Below, one piece after another: positions 1 through 9,109 of a stretch of 64,000 bases of DNA. Made by a program: the position numbers and the translations under genes. Numbering within the stretch: position 1 is the first letter of the stretch; the number at the start of each line of letters is the position of its first letter. This DNA is from an uncultured Candidatus Saccharibacteria bacterium (GTDB taxonomy: Bacteria > Patescibacteriota > Minisyncoccia > Phycocordibacterales > UBA918), in NCBI GenBank assembly GCA_964353135.1, contig CAYGTV010000004.1:3963-67962 (forward strand), given 5' to 3'. The notes under the pieces were generated by a model, which saw only the letters and a program-made list of their open reading frames with translations, did not search any database and had not been told where the DNA came from.

Positions 1-2140
1 TGTCGTAGGGATTGTCTTTCTTGGGATCCTTGAGCGAGCGGAAGTCACCGGCGTGTGCGATATACGGTCCAAACTGACCGCTGTTGGCCACGATTGGTTC
101 ACCAGTTGCCGGGTGTTCTCCTAGTTCGCGGGGAAGGAGTAGGTATTTAACAGCTTCGTCTAGAGTCACATCTTCTGCTTTGACGTCTGCTGGCAGACTC
201 GCTCGACGGGGTTTTTCTTGTTTCTTGCCTTTTATTTTCTCTGGGATTTCGCCGAGTTGGACGTATGGTCCAAATTTCCCAGTCATCACAAATACTGACT
301 CACCAGTTTCTGGGTGGTTACCAATCGGTGCATCTGGTTTTGGAATAGTTCCATCAATTAAACGCGCACCAGTACAGTCAGGGAAGCGTGAACATGACAA
401 GAACGTTCCGTTTTTACCGAGCTTCTTTTCCATATCTGCTTTACATTCAGGGCAGGGGAATTCTTTCGGTCCAGGTCCTAGGGTAGTTAGTTTAGGTACG
501 TTTTCTTTGGCTGCAACTGCAGCGTGGAATGGTTTGTAGAACGTTTCGAGGGTTTTGACGTATTCCCGGTCACCACTGGCGATATCGTCGAGTTGGTCTT
601 CCATGGCACTAGTGAAATCATCACCGATGTAGTCCATAAAATGCTCTTCAAGGAAGGTTGACACCACGTCACCGGTGTCGGTAGGGATCAGGGTTCGGCC
701 TTCTTTTTCTACGTACCCGCGCGCAACAATAGTATTCATGATCGAAGCAAAGGTAGACGGTCGACCGATACCTCGTTTTTCGAGCTCCTTAATGAGGCCA
801 GCTTCACTGTAGCGGCTTGGCGGTTGAGTTTGTTTAGCTTCGATTTCGACCGAGGTACAAGTTAACTTGTCACCTTCGGCCAGTTTTGGTACCTCAGTGT
901 CTTCTCCTCGGGCGCGAGGGTCAACTTTCAACCACCCGTCAAACAATACGCGTGAACCATTGACTGCAAAGTCGGGGATGGTTTCAGTAGCGTCCACAAC
1001 GTTTGTTGAGAGTTTGGTTCGAAGTAGTGCTGCATCAGCCATTTGTGATGCGGTTGTACGCTGCCAGATGAGCTCGTAGAGCGCTTTTTGGTCGCCAGTG
1101 GCACCAGCACTCAGTTTAGTGAAATTGGTTGGCCGTACCGCTTCGTGGGCCTCCTGGGCATTTTTGCTCTTACTCTTATAAGATCGAACTTCTAGGTACT
1201 TGTCACCGTAGTTTTTCTTGACGTACGTGATGATTTGTTTTTGGGCTTGATCCGACAGGTTTGTGCTGTCGGTACGCATATAAGTAATGTGTCCCGCTTC
1301 GTAGAGTTTCTGCGCCGCCCCCATGGTCCGGGACGGAGAAAACCCCAGTCGGGTAGATGCAGTTTGCTGCATAGTCGAAGTAGTAAACGGTGGTTTTGGA
1401 CTTCGTTTAGCTTCGGTTTCTTTTAGTTTTGTGATTACCCAGTCGTGTTTTTCACCGACTTTCTTGATGCGGTCGGCTTCTTTTTCTTCACCTGGTTCTT
1501 CGACACAGGTAAACGGAATAGCCGTCTTGCTGTCTTTCAGGTTAGCGGTCAGGACAAAATAATCATCCGGAATAAACTTGCGGATCTCCCGTTCTCGCTC
1601 CATCACAATCCGTAGGGCAGGCGACTGTACTCGTCCGGCTGACAAACCATAGCGAACCTTTTTCCAGATGAGGCCAGAGAGGTCGTAGCCTACAAGACGA
1701 TCAAGCACCCGCCTTGCTTCCTGGGCTTCCTTCAGGTGCATGTCGATCTGGCGGGGATGTTCGATGGCTGCTTTGACTGCTTCTTCGGTGATTTCGTTAA
1801 ACGCCACTCGTTTGAGTTGTACGTCTGGTTTGCTTTCTTTGAGCAGTTCAGCTACGTGCCAAGCGATTGCTTCTCCTTCACGGTCGGGGTCGGCTGCGAG
1901 GATCACTTCGTCAGATTTGGCTGAAGCCGCTTGTAGACTTTCGATCACTTTGGCTTTCCCTGGACTGATGATATACCGGGGGACAAACCCAGCTTCAACG
2001 TCAACCGCGTCTTTGTTGGTTTTAGGCAAATCACGAACATGCCCAATACTGGACATTACTTTGTAGCCTTTTCCAAGGTATTTCTCGATAGTCTTGGCTT
2101 TAGCCGGAGACTCAACGATGACGAGGGTTTGTTTACTCAT
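1..2140 (-). CDS. topA: DNA topoisomerase I (C-terminus truncated by window edge)
   Basis: The reverse complement of the ATG at 2138-2140 translates MSKQTLVIVESPAKAKTIEKYLGKGYKVMSSIGHVRDLPK, the canonical TopA Toprim N-terminus. The ORF runs to the window edge. Confidence 0.9.
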   Translation of the reverse strand, partial: MSKQTLVIVESPAKAKTIEKYLGKGYKVMSSIGHVRDLPKTNKDAVDVEAGFVPRYIISPGKAKVIESLQAASAKSDEVILAADPDREGEAIAWHVAELLKESKPDVQLKRVAFNEITEEAVKAAIEHPRQIDMHLKEAQEARRVLDRLVGYDLSGLIWKKVRYGLSAGRVQSPALRIVMEREREIRKFIPDDYFVLTANLKDSKTAIPFTCVEEPGEEKEADRIKKVGEKHDWVITKLKETEAKRSPKPPFTTSTMQQTASTRLGFSPSRTMGAAQKLYEAGHITYMRTDSTNLSDQAQKQIITYVKKNYGDKYLEVRSYKSKSKNAQEAHEAVRPTNFTKLSAGATGDQKALYELIWQRTTASQMADAALLRTKLSTNVVDATETIPDFAVNGSRVLFDGWLKVDPRARGEDTEVPKLAEGDKLTCTSVEIEAKQTQPPSRYSEAGLIKELEKRGIGRPSTFASIMNTIVARGYVEKEGRTLIPTDTGDVVSTFLEEHFMDYIGDDFTSAMEDQLDDIASGDREYVKTLETFYKPFHAAVAAKENVPKLTTLGPGPKEFPCPECKADMEKKLGKNGTFLSCSRFPDCTGARLIDGTIPKPDAPIGNHPETGESVFVMTGKFGPYVQLGEIPEKIKGKKQEKPRRASLPADVKAEDVTLDEAVKYLLLPRELGEHPATGEPIVANSGQFGPYIAHAGDFRSLKDPKKDNPYD

Positions 2141-2160
2141 ATAGTGTAAATAGTAGCAGT

Positions 2161-2496
2161 ATGAATACTAGCATAGTTGAATTGTGTCAAGTTTATTTGA
2201 CATCTCTGATGATAGTGTGCAGAATGCAGCCAAGTTTCACAAGGGAGAAAACTATGGAAGAGAAATTTGCTGTTCATTCTACATCATCTGAATCTGAGAC
2301 GATTCTCTTTAATGCCTCAGCATTGTTAATCATTGGTGTTTTGTGTGGTCCAAGTGCCATCCAAAATATTTTCTGGGCTGTCGAACTACAGTCAGGTAAT
2401 GGTGCACTTGCTGCCACAGTGCTGGGTGGACTATCGCTGATGGTCGGGATTTTTTGTACGGTCCGTGCGGCGATCATGTTTGAAAAGTCGGGCTGA
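2161..2496 (+). CDS. hypothetical small membrane protein
   Basis: 111-aa ORF with hydrophobic segments (LLIIGVLCGP, GGLSLMVGIFC). No recognisable family. The start is uncertain; the internal MEEKF at about 2254 is an alternative. Confidence 0.3.
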   Translation: MNTSIVELCQVYLTSLMIVCRMQPSFTREKTMEEKFAVHSTSSESETILFNASALLIIGVLCGPSAIQNIFWAVELQSGNGALAATVLGGLSLMVGIFCTVRAAIMFEKSG

Positions 2497-2527
2497 TGCC
2501 TAGCTAGCCAGACCAAGTCACGTTAGT

Positions 2528-3403
2528 TTACCTACTAACACGGTACTTGCCACCCGCCTGCACAATCAAGCCACTCAGCTCCATCATCATGATGAGTTGG
2601 GTGGTTTTTGCTATATCCATGTTGAGGGTGCGGATGAGTTCATCGCGCTGCATGGGTTCGTGTAGGGCTTTTAGGATAGTTTGTTCATCTTCTGATAGTG
2701 ATGTCAGTGAGTCCATCAAAGTCGGCTGTCGTTCATTGGTAGTGTCTATACCAAGTACCTGTAGGATGTCAGTCGCGCAAGTCACCGGTGTCGCTCCTAG
2801 TTTCAAAAACTGATGAATGCCGTCATGCTGTTTGGAAAAAATACTGCCCGGGACGACGAGTAATTCACGATTGTAGTCAGCACATAGCCGGGCGGTGATC
2901 AAGGTACCACTTTTTTCAGCCGCTTCGACTAGTAAGGTTGCATGGCTGATGCCAGCTTGGATCCGGTTTCTCTGTGGAAATGACCACTTGGTTGCTTGAA
3001 AGGTGGGTTCAAACTCTGATAGCAAACATCCGCCAGCTTCGAGAATTCGCTGCGCAAGTTTTTTATGGCTAGCTGGGTACAGGACCGAATCATCAATCCC
3101 TCCGCCCGGGATCACTAGTGTATATAAATTATTCTTGAGAGCTGCTTCGTGTGCGAGGCTATCGATCCCGAGTGCGAGTCCAGACACAATCCCGACGTTA
3201 TATCCACGAAGACCATCGATCAGCTCATCAACACACTGTTTTCCATAGCTGGTGTACTTCCGGCTACCGACTACGGTGAGCAGCTTCATATCGTTCGGGG
3301 GTAATATTCCGCGGTAATTCAAAGATTGTGGCGGCTCTGGGATGTGTTTAAGCAGTTCTGGAATGGCATTTGATTCCAGCTTTGAAATCGGAAACGACGT
3401 CAT
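2528..3403 (-). CDS. dprA: DNA processing protein DprA/Smf
   Basis: 291 aa with DprA Rossmann-like motifs (VVGSRKYTSYGKQ, IVSGLALGIDSLAHEAAL, VIPGGGID) and a C-terminal winged-helix-like tail. It lies immediately upstream of topA on the same strand, the classic dprA-topA arrangement. Confidence 0.85.
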   Translation of the reverse strand: MTSFPISKLESNAIPELLKHIPEPPQSLNYRGILPPNDMKLLTVVGSRKYTSYGKQCVDELIDGLRGYNVGIVSGLALGIDSLAHEAALKNNLYTLVIPGGGIDDSVLYPASHKKLAQRILEAGGCLLSEFEPTFQATKWSFPQRNRIQAGISHATLLVEAAEKSGTLITARLCADYNRELLVVPGSIFSKQHDGIHQFLKLGATPVTCATDILQVLGIDTTNERQPTLMDSLTSLSEDEQTILKALHEPMQRDELIRTLNMDIAKTTQLIMMMELSGLIVQAGGKYRVSR

Positions 3404-3512
3404 TACTTTGATTTTATCACGAGGGGCTTTGACATTCTCAGTGAAATAGTTTTAGCTTGTCATCAGATCACTTTTGATCTGATGCGCAGCAAAAAATGAA
3501 AAGGGGAAGAGC

Positions 3513-4181
3513 ATGCGGTTTTTGATATGGGTGTTTACAATTGCAATATCGACAATGCCAGCACAGGCGTCTGAGTTGTCACAGTCATACGTGTCGTTTG
3601 GTCCAGGGTACAGTGCAGCGCAATTGTCGCTGGATGTTGGTTCTGCAGATGGCTCAGTCGAGGTGTTCTCAATCGATACAACCGGAGCGATCTTTGAGGT
3701 CTGTGCTGGCCGACAACAAGGATTGTGGCAGAGTCCATTTTCGGTCGGAGCTGAATTCTGCGGAGTTTTTGGTTCCGTATCGGGTACAGGTAGCTATACC
3801 TTGTCCGGAATGGATCAATCGGGGACCTTGCGGCTATCGGCAGAGACTGATCAGCGATATGCGCTGAGGTTGCTTGTTGGGGTTGCTCCGACAGACCAGT
3901 GGTCCGTCCATGCATACGCTGCCGCCAACGCAGCCAGGTTTAAACTCTCAGCTGAAATTCAGACTGAAGATGAACAGTTCTTTGATTCTTCTGAAGGTTG
4001 GGGTTTCGGCGCATCGGTTGGCCTGCGGTCTGTAAACCAGTTTCCAGGAGGACAATCCTTTGTCATCAGTCTCGACTACAGCTTGTACGAGGCAGAGCAA
4101 GATTTTCTCCTCGATGAAGAATTGTTTACTGCCAAAGCGCGTCAGCCGACGTTGTCTTTGATGGGAACGTATCGTTTCTAA
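3513..4181 (+). CDS. hypothetical secreted protein
   Basis: N-terminal signal peptide (MRFLIWVFTIAISTMPAQA). RBS-like GGGGAAGAG upstream. Followed by a strong rho-independent terminator. Confidence 0.55.
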   Translation: MRFLIWVFTIAISTMPAQASELSQSYVSFGPGYSAAQLSLDVGSADGSVEVFSIDTTGAIFEVCAGRQQGLWQSPFSVGAEFCGVFGSVSGTGSYTLSGMDQSGTLRLSAETDQRYALRLLVGVAPTDQWSVHAYAAANAARFKLSAEIQTEDEQFFDSSEGWGFGASVGLRSVNQFPGGQSFVISLDYSLYEAEQDFLLDEELFTAKARQPTLSLMGTYRF

Positions 4182-4197
4182 ATGGCGCAGTGAACTG

Positions 4198-4234
4198 AAA
4201 AAGCCGCTCCGGTTTTGGAGCGGCTTTTTGTTTA
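4198..4234 (+). terminator. rho-independent terminator
   Basis: aagccgctcc-ggtttt-ggagcggctt hairpin followed by TTTTTGTTT. Confidence 0.8.
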
Positions 4235-4369
4235 TAAAACAATGATTTCGTGTATACTTCTAGGCGACTTATTAGAAACCGTAGTGATGAGTCTTCGGCT
4301 AGCCGCCCTAGGAAATGGGCGTCTATCGAAGTAATTAAAATATAATCACTACGTTCATTATTTCACTTA

Positions 4370-5632
4370 ATGTTAGACATTAAATTCATCAGAGAAAATC
4401 TGGACATCGTCAAATTGGCGGCCACCAAGAAAAAAATTACCATTGACCTTGATCGGTTGGTGTCCGTTGATGATTCTCGTAAAGAAATAATGTCCCGAAT
4501 GGAGGAAAAGAAAGCCGAGCAAAATCGCGTCGGAGCGCAGATTGCCCAAGCCGAGGGTGATACCCAGCGAACTATCATGCTGGGTGACATGCAGGTGCTC
4601 AAGGCTGACATTCAAAAAGACGAGGAAGCGCTCAAACCAATCATGAAAGAGTGGCAAGCGTTGATGTTGCAGGTCCCGCAGGTGCCAGACATGACTGTTC
4701 CAGATGGTGACAGCGATGAGGATAATGAAGAGGTGAAAGTCTGGGGTGACAAGCCAACCTTTGATTTTGAGGCTAAAGACCACGTGGAGCTGATGCTCAA
4801 GCACAACATGGTTGATTTTGAGCGTGGTGCCAAGGTCCACGGCTTTCGTGGTTACTACTTAATGGGTGATGGTGCAAAACTGTCTTGGGCTATCTGGAAC
4901 TACGCCAACCAGTTTTTTATGAACAAAGGCTTCACTCCGATGATTCCTCCAACAATTGTGCGTAAAGCCAACCTGTATGGTACCGGTCACCTACCTAATG
5001 AAGCGGAGGACGTCTATAACACTCAGGATGATGATTACCTGATCGGTACTAGTGAAGTTTCAATCATGGGGTACTACAGTGACGAGGTGCTCGATCAGAG
5101 TGTGTTCCCAGTCAAATTCCTTGGCTTTTCACCATGTTACCGCCGAGAAGCTGGTAGTCACGGCAAAGACACTAAGGGGCTCATCCGCGTGCACGAGTTT
5201 TATAAACTAGAGCAAGTAGTGCTCTGTGAAGCATCACACCAGCGGAGCGTCGAGCTACACGAAGAAATCAACCGCAACACCGAGGAATTCATCGAGTCAC
5301 TCGGGATTCCGTATCATACGGTGCTTAACTGTGGCGGCGACCTAGGGCAAGGGCAGGTCAAGAAGTACGACGTAGAACTATGGGTGCCAGGGGAACAAAA
5401 ATACCGAGAAATTAGTTCTGCTTCATATTTTCATGACTTCCAGACTCGCCGGTTCAACATTCGCTACAAAGACGAAGCTGGAAAGATGCAATACGCTCAC
5501 TCACTCAATTGTACCGCGATCCCGACGCCACGGATCTTGGTGTCGCTGGTAGAAAATTTCCAACAAGCCGATGGAACAATTAAAATTCCTGACGTGCTAC
5601 AACCATTTTTTGGGAAGGAGGTCATTGGATAA
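4370..5632 (+). CDS. serS: seryl-tRNA synthetase
   Basis: 420 aa with an N-terminal coiled-coil arm (MLDIKFIRENLD...) and a class II aaRS core (FRREAGSHGKDTKGLIRVHEF motif 2-like, GTGHLP). Confidence 0.9.
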   Translation: MLDIKFIRENLDIVKLAATKKKITIDLDRLVSVDDSRKEIMSRMEEKKAEQNRVGAQIAQAEGDTQRTIMLGDMQVLKADIQKDEEALKPIMKEWQALMLQVPQVPDMTVPDGDSDEDNEEVKVWGDKPTFDFEAKDHVELMLKHNMVDFERGAKVHGFRGYYLMGDGAKLSWAIWNYANQFFMNKGFTPMIPPTIVRKANLYGTGHLPNEAEDVYNTQDDDYLIGTSEVSIMGYYSDEVLDQSVFPVKFLGFSPCYRREAGSHGKDTKGLIRVHEFYKLEQVVLCEASHQRSVELHEEINRNTEEFIESLGIPYHTVLNCGGDLGQGQVKKYDVELWVPGEQKYREISSASYFHDFQTRRFNIRYKDEAGKMQYAHSLNCTAIPTPRILVSLVENFQQADGTIKIPDVLQPFFGKEVIG

Positions 5633-5776
5633 AGACTGTACACAGAAGTCATAACACAGTATTTGTCTCGCTAATTCCCTCGGTTCGCTGCGCTCCCCTT
5701 CGGTGTCAGCTTCTGGGGCAGAAAAAGCTGACCGCTTGTCTGCAAAAAGTGTTATAAATTCTGCTACAATGGCGGC

Positions 5777-6661
5777 ATGCGACCAGAGACCAAGCAACTC
5801 CTGAAAAACATCCTGATTGGATTTGGGGTGTTTCTGTTAATTGGTTTAATTCTATACGGTGTCTGGCACGGGACTCGGGTGCAGGCTCTTACTATTAATG
5901 AGGTCGTTGTCACAGGTGGCGAGACGATCTCGCACCAGGTAGTTGCGAATGATGTTTCGCAGCTGCTCGAGGGTGAGTATGCACGGTTTATTCCGCGTCG
6001 GTTTGCTTGGACGTATCCTGAAAAGGAAATCATGAACAAGCTACAAGAAGTGGATCGGGTGAAAGACCCGGTGCTGGAGCGAGATGGCAAACAGTTGTTG
6101 GTCAGCTTGGCAGAATATGAGCCAGTAGCGCTGTGGTGTGACAGTTCTGCGTCAGAACGATGTGTATTTTTAGATACTGATGGCTATGGCTTCGCAGAAG
6201 CACCCAGCCTGATGGGTGGTGCGTTTGTGCGCTATGTCCAAATCGGCCAGTCAGCTAGAACAAATGAACCCTTCACAGTTACAGCGGATTTTCTCTTGCT
6301 GCGTGAATTAACTTCACTCCTGAAAGAATATGGCTGGCCGGTTGTGACGGTTGAATTTGATCAGGCTCGTGACGCGTTTGTATATTTGTCCGGTGGTGGA
6401 GAGCTAAAAATTACATTGCTCCAGACCCCAATAGAAACGATCGACAACCTGCAGACAATTTTGTCGACCGAACAATATAAACACTTGCAACCAGGTAATT
6501 TTGCCTACATTGATTTACGATTTGGCAACAAAGTGTTTGTAAATGAATTTGGAGTTATTGTTGATGAGGCACTAGAAACAGAAACCGCCACATCAAGTGA
6601 TGAGGTGCTTGAAACGTCAAACGCCGCACCATCTGGTGATGGCGCGGCGGCAGTAAACTAA
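5777..6661 (+). CDS. ftsQ: cell division protein FtsQ/DivIB-like (POTRA domain)
   Basis: N-terminal TM helix (ILIGFGVFLLIGLILYGVW) followed by a POTRA-like region (LTINEVVVTGGETISHQVV). Size and architecture match FtsQ. A TGCTACAAT box lies 6 nt upstream of the ATG. Confidence 0.6.
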   Translation: MRPETKQLLKNILIGFGVFLLIGLILYGVWHGTRVQALTINEVVVTGGETISHQVVANDVSQLLEGEYARFIPRRFAWTYPEKEIMNKLQEVDRVKDPVLERDGKQLLVSLAEYEPVALWCDSSASERCVFLDTDGYGFAEAPSLMGGAFVRYVQIGQSARTNEPFTVTADFLLLRELTSLLKEYGWPVVTVEFDQARDAFVYLSGGGELKITLLQTPIETIDNLQTILSTEQYKHLQPGNFAYIDLRFGNKVFVNEFGVIVDEALETETATSSDEVLETSNAAPSGDGAAAVN

Positions 6662-7092
6662 TGATCATGGACCCATGTTTGGTCGACTAGGCGGCCTGGC
6701 AGCATATGAGTCTCGATGCCTTCGAGACAAACTGCTAAAGGTAGCATCTTTTGGGGTGCATGCTCTTTGATTAGCATGTACACCCGTACACACAAGGCAT
6801 CGTGTGCGACTTCTTTGTCAAAAAGTAAACTGCCGGCAGCTGCAGCAGCTTTCTTTTTCTTGAAGCCGCAAACTTTCTTTAGGGTAGTCTCGCACACATG
6901 ACGAGCTTCTTCTTGTGTGTATGTCGCTGTGTCATCATGCTCGCGAAAAAAGTATTCGTTTGCAGGTTTGGTTCGAGAAAGTATGAGGAGACAATGATCA
7001 CCTTGATTAGTTCCTTCAACAGAGGGCCTTTCATCTGAGTTTCTGGCGCCGAGTTTGAGCATTGCCCACTCTTTATGAACTTCTTCTGGCAT
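6658..7092 (-). CDS. hypothetical protein with weak YbaK/ProX-deacylase-like segment
   Basis: 144 aa. The segment FFREHDD...EEARHVCETTLKKVCGF...KSLLFDKE loosely parallels the YbaK stretch HTYEHDP...GDEVVKKLGL...YKTLLV. The C-terminal GGxSP region is missing, so the call is tentative. Confidence 0.3.
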   Translation of the reverse strand: MPEEVHKEWAMLKLGARNSDERPSVEGTNQGDHCLLILSRTKPANEYFFREHDDTATYTQEEARHVCETTLKKVCGFKKKKAAAAAGSLLFDKEVAHDALCVRVYMLIKEHAPQKMLPLAVCLEGIETHMLPGRLVDQTWVHDH

Positions 7093-7155
7093 AACGGCTT
7101 CCTTTTTTCTTGCTCAGGTTGCGTTGTTTTCGTCTTCCGGTACAATGCCACAACT

Positions 7156-8235
7156 ATGAACTTCTGGCAACAGATCCCCAAACCAATGATGGTGGTAGCG
7201 CCGATGGCTGATGTCACCGATGCGCCTTTTCGGCGGATGATTGCTAAATACTCGGCTCACACTCGGGCTGACGGAACAGTTGGCGGACCTGACGTCATGT
7301 GGACGGAATTTGTGGCGGCCGATGGTCTGATGCGCGCTACGCCGGAAGGACGGGAAAAACTAATGGCTGATCTGATCTATGCTGAAGAAGAACGCCCAAT
7401 TGTGGCTCAGCTGTTTTCGAGTAACCCAGAATACATGGAAGCCGGAGCGAGGCTAGCAGCAGAACGGGGGTTTGATGGAGTTGATCTCAACATGGGTTGT
7501 CCATCTCAAACCATCGAGAAACAAGGCTGTGGAGCAGCAATGATAAAAAACCCGGCACACGCCAGGGAAGTGATCAGGGCTGCTAAACGTGGGGCTGGTG
7601 ATTTGCCGGTGTCTGTCAAAACTCGCTTGGGATACAACAAAGATGAAGTAGAAACCTGGATTCCAGAAATCTTGGCTGAAAACCCAGCAGTGCTGACAAT
7701 TCATGCTCGAACAAGAAAAGAAATGAGCAAGGTTCCAGCTAAATGGGATCGAGTTGCGCGGGTGGTAGAACTACGTGACAAACTGGGGAGTGAGACTTTG
7801 ATTATTGGAAACGGCGATGCTACCTCGCTAGCTGATGGACAGGAAAAAATTGCTGAGTCAGGTGCGGATGGGGTGATGTTCGGTCGAGCGTTGTTTGGGA
7901 ACCCATGGTTTTTCCACCCGACTAAACGTCTGCCATACAACCTCAAAGCACTTCCAACCAGTGGGGTAAATCGTGGTGACTTGATCGAAGAGGCTTTTGC
8001 AGAAGACGGAATTGAATTCATTTCACTTGAAGAGCGGCTGCGAGTGCTAGTTGAACATACGTATTTATTTGCCGAGCTGCTGCATTTTAAAAACTTTGCC
8101 ATTATGAAAAAGCACTACAAAGGCTACATCAATGGCTTTCCAGGCGCTGCACAGTTGCGCGCAAAGCTAATGGAGCAAAATACCCCAGAAGAAATCGAGC
8201 AAGTTGTACACACCTTTTTGCAGACCCAACCATAG
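7156..8235 (+). CDS. dus: tRNA-dihydrouridine synthase
   Basis: Dus TIM-barrel motifs (VVAPMADVTDAPFRRM, GVDLNMGCPSQTIEKQGCGAAM, VSVKTRLGY). The start is chosen at MNFWQQ, which has a TACAAT box 9 nt upstream. Confidence 0.85.
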   Translation: MNFWQQIPKPMMVVAPMADVTDAPFRRMIAKYSAHTRADGTVGGPDVMWTEFVAADGLMRATPEGREKLMADLIYAEEERPIVAQLFSSNPEYMEAGARLAAERGFDGVDLNMGCPSQTIEKQGCGAAMIKNPAHAREVIRAAKRGAGDLPVSVKTRLGYNKDEVETWIPEILAENPAVLTIHARTRKEMSKVPAKWDRVARVVELRDKLGSETLIIGNGDATSLADGQEKIAESGADGVMFGRALFGNPWFFHPTKRLPYNLKALPTSGVNRGDLIEEAFAEDGIEFISLEERLRVLVEHTYLFAELLHFKNFAIMKKHYKGYINGFPGAAQLRAKLMEQNTPEEIEQVVHTFLQTQP

Positions 8236-8263
8236 GGCCTCCGAGTGTTGTTACACTATAGGT

Positions 8264-8539
8264 ATGAATGAAATCCTTCACGCCAATGTGTTTTTTGTGA
8301 TTGCCAGCATCGCTACAGTCATATTCTGCATTGTCACTGTCCTAATCCTGTTCCATGTCCTCAAGTTGGTAAAAAGCGTTAGACGTATCGTCGAACGAAT
8401 CGAAGACGCAAGTGAGCAAGTGGCAGACGACATGGCTCATGCCCGCGAGATGTTTTATAATGGTGGTATGATTGCACGAGTGATGGGTTTCATGGCCGGG
8501 ACTCGGAAACGGACGCGGCGGACACGTAATGATGATTAA
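8264..8539 (+). CDS. hypothetical small membrane protein
   Basis: One TM helix (VFFVIASIATVIFCIVTVLILF) followed by a charged tail. Confidence 0.45.
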   Translation: MNEILHANVFFVIASIATVIFCIVTVLILFHVLKLVKSVRRIVERIEDASEQVADDMAHAREMFYNGGMIARVMGFMAGTRKRTRRTRNDD

Positions 8540-8561
8540 TTTATTTATTTAAATACTATTT

Positions 8562-9038
8562 ATGGCAACCAAGAAAAAAACAACAAAAAAGACTGAACTA
8601 TCTACTGAACAAAAAGTAGCAGCCGGAGTAGGTATTACTGCAGCTGCAGTAGCGGCCGCAGGTGCTTATTTCCTCTATGGTAGTGAATCAGCTGCAAAGA
8701 ATCGTAAAACTGTTAAAAGTTGGGCGCTAAAAGCTAAGGCAGAAGTGCTAGAAAAGCTTGAAGACGCCAAAGAAATGACAGCTGATGAGTACGAAGAATT
8801 GATTTCAGCTATAGCGGGAACGTACGCTGGTGTAAAGGGCGCAACTAAAAAAGACCTTAAAGAATTCGCTAGCGAAATGCAGGACCACTGGAAGGTGATT
8901 GAAAAAGCTGGAAAGAAAAAGAAAAATCAAGTTAAAAAAGCAGCCAAAAGTGTCACTGCTGCCGCCGCAAAAGGTGCAGCCAAAGGGGCAGCAAAAGGCG
9001 TAGCTAAAAAAGTGACTAAAAAAGCTTCAAAGAAATAA
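8562..9038 (+). CDS. Lys/Ala-rich basic protein (histone H1-like low-complexity tail)
   Basis: 158 aa with a KKKTTKK N-terminus and a C-terminal AAKGAAKGAAKGVAKKVTKKASKK repeat tail. A terminator follows. Confidence 0.55.
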   Translation: MATKKKTTKKTELSTEQKVAAGVGITAAAVAAAGAYFLYGSESAAKNRKTVKSWALKAKAEVLEKLEDAKEMTADEYEELISAIAGTYAGVKGATKKDLKEFASEMQDHWKVIEKAGKKKKNQVKKAAKSVTAAAAKGAAKGAAKGVAKKVTKKASKK

Positions 9039-9050
9039 ACAGGTTCAATA

Positions 9051-9088
9051 AAAGAGCCGGCAGCCCATGGGCTGCCGGCTCTTTTTGT
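9051..9088 (+). terminator. rho-independent terminator
   Basis: agagccggcagcc-catg-ggctgccggctct hairpin followed by TTTTGT. Confidence 0.8.
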
Positions 9089-9109
9089 ATCTGTTATACT
9101 AGTCCTACT

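Noticed and set aside
84-2066. Several plus-strand ORFs (84-539, 867-1079, 1235-1562, 1736-2066) inside the topA region
   Set aside because: They lie antisense to a clearly homologous minus-strand topoisomerase I reading frame and have low-complexity, biased composition (Ser/Arg/Ala-rich). They are shadow ORFs.
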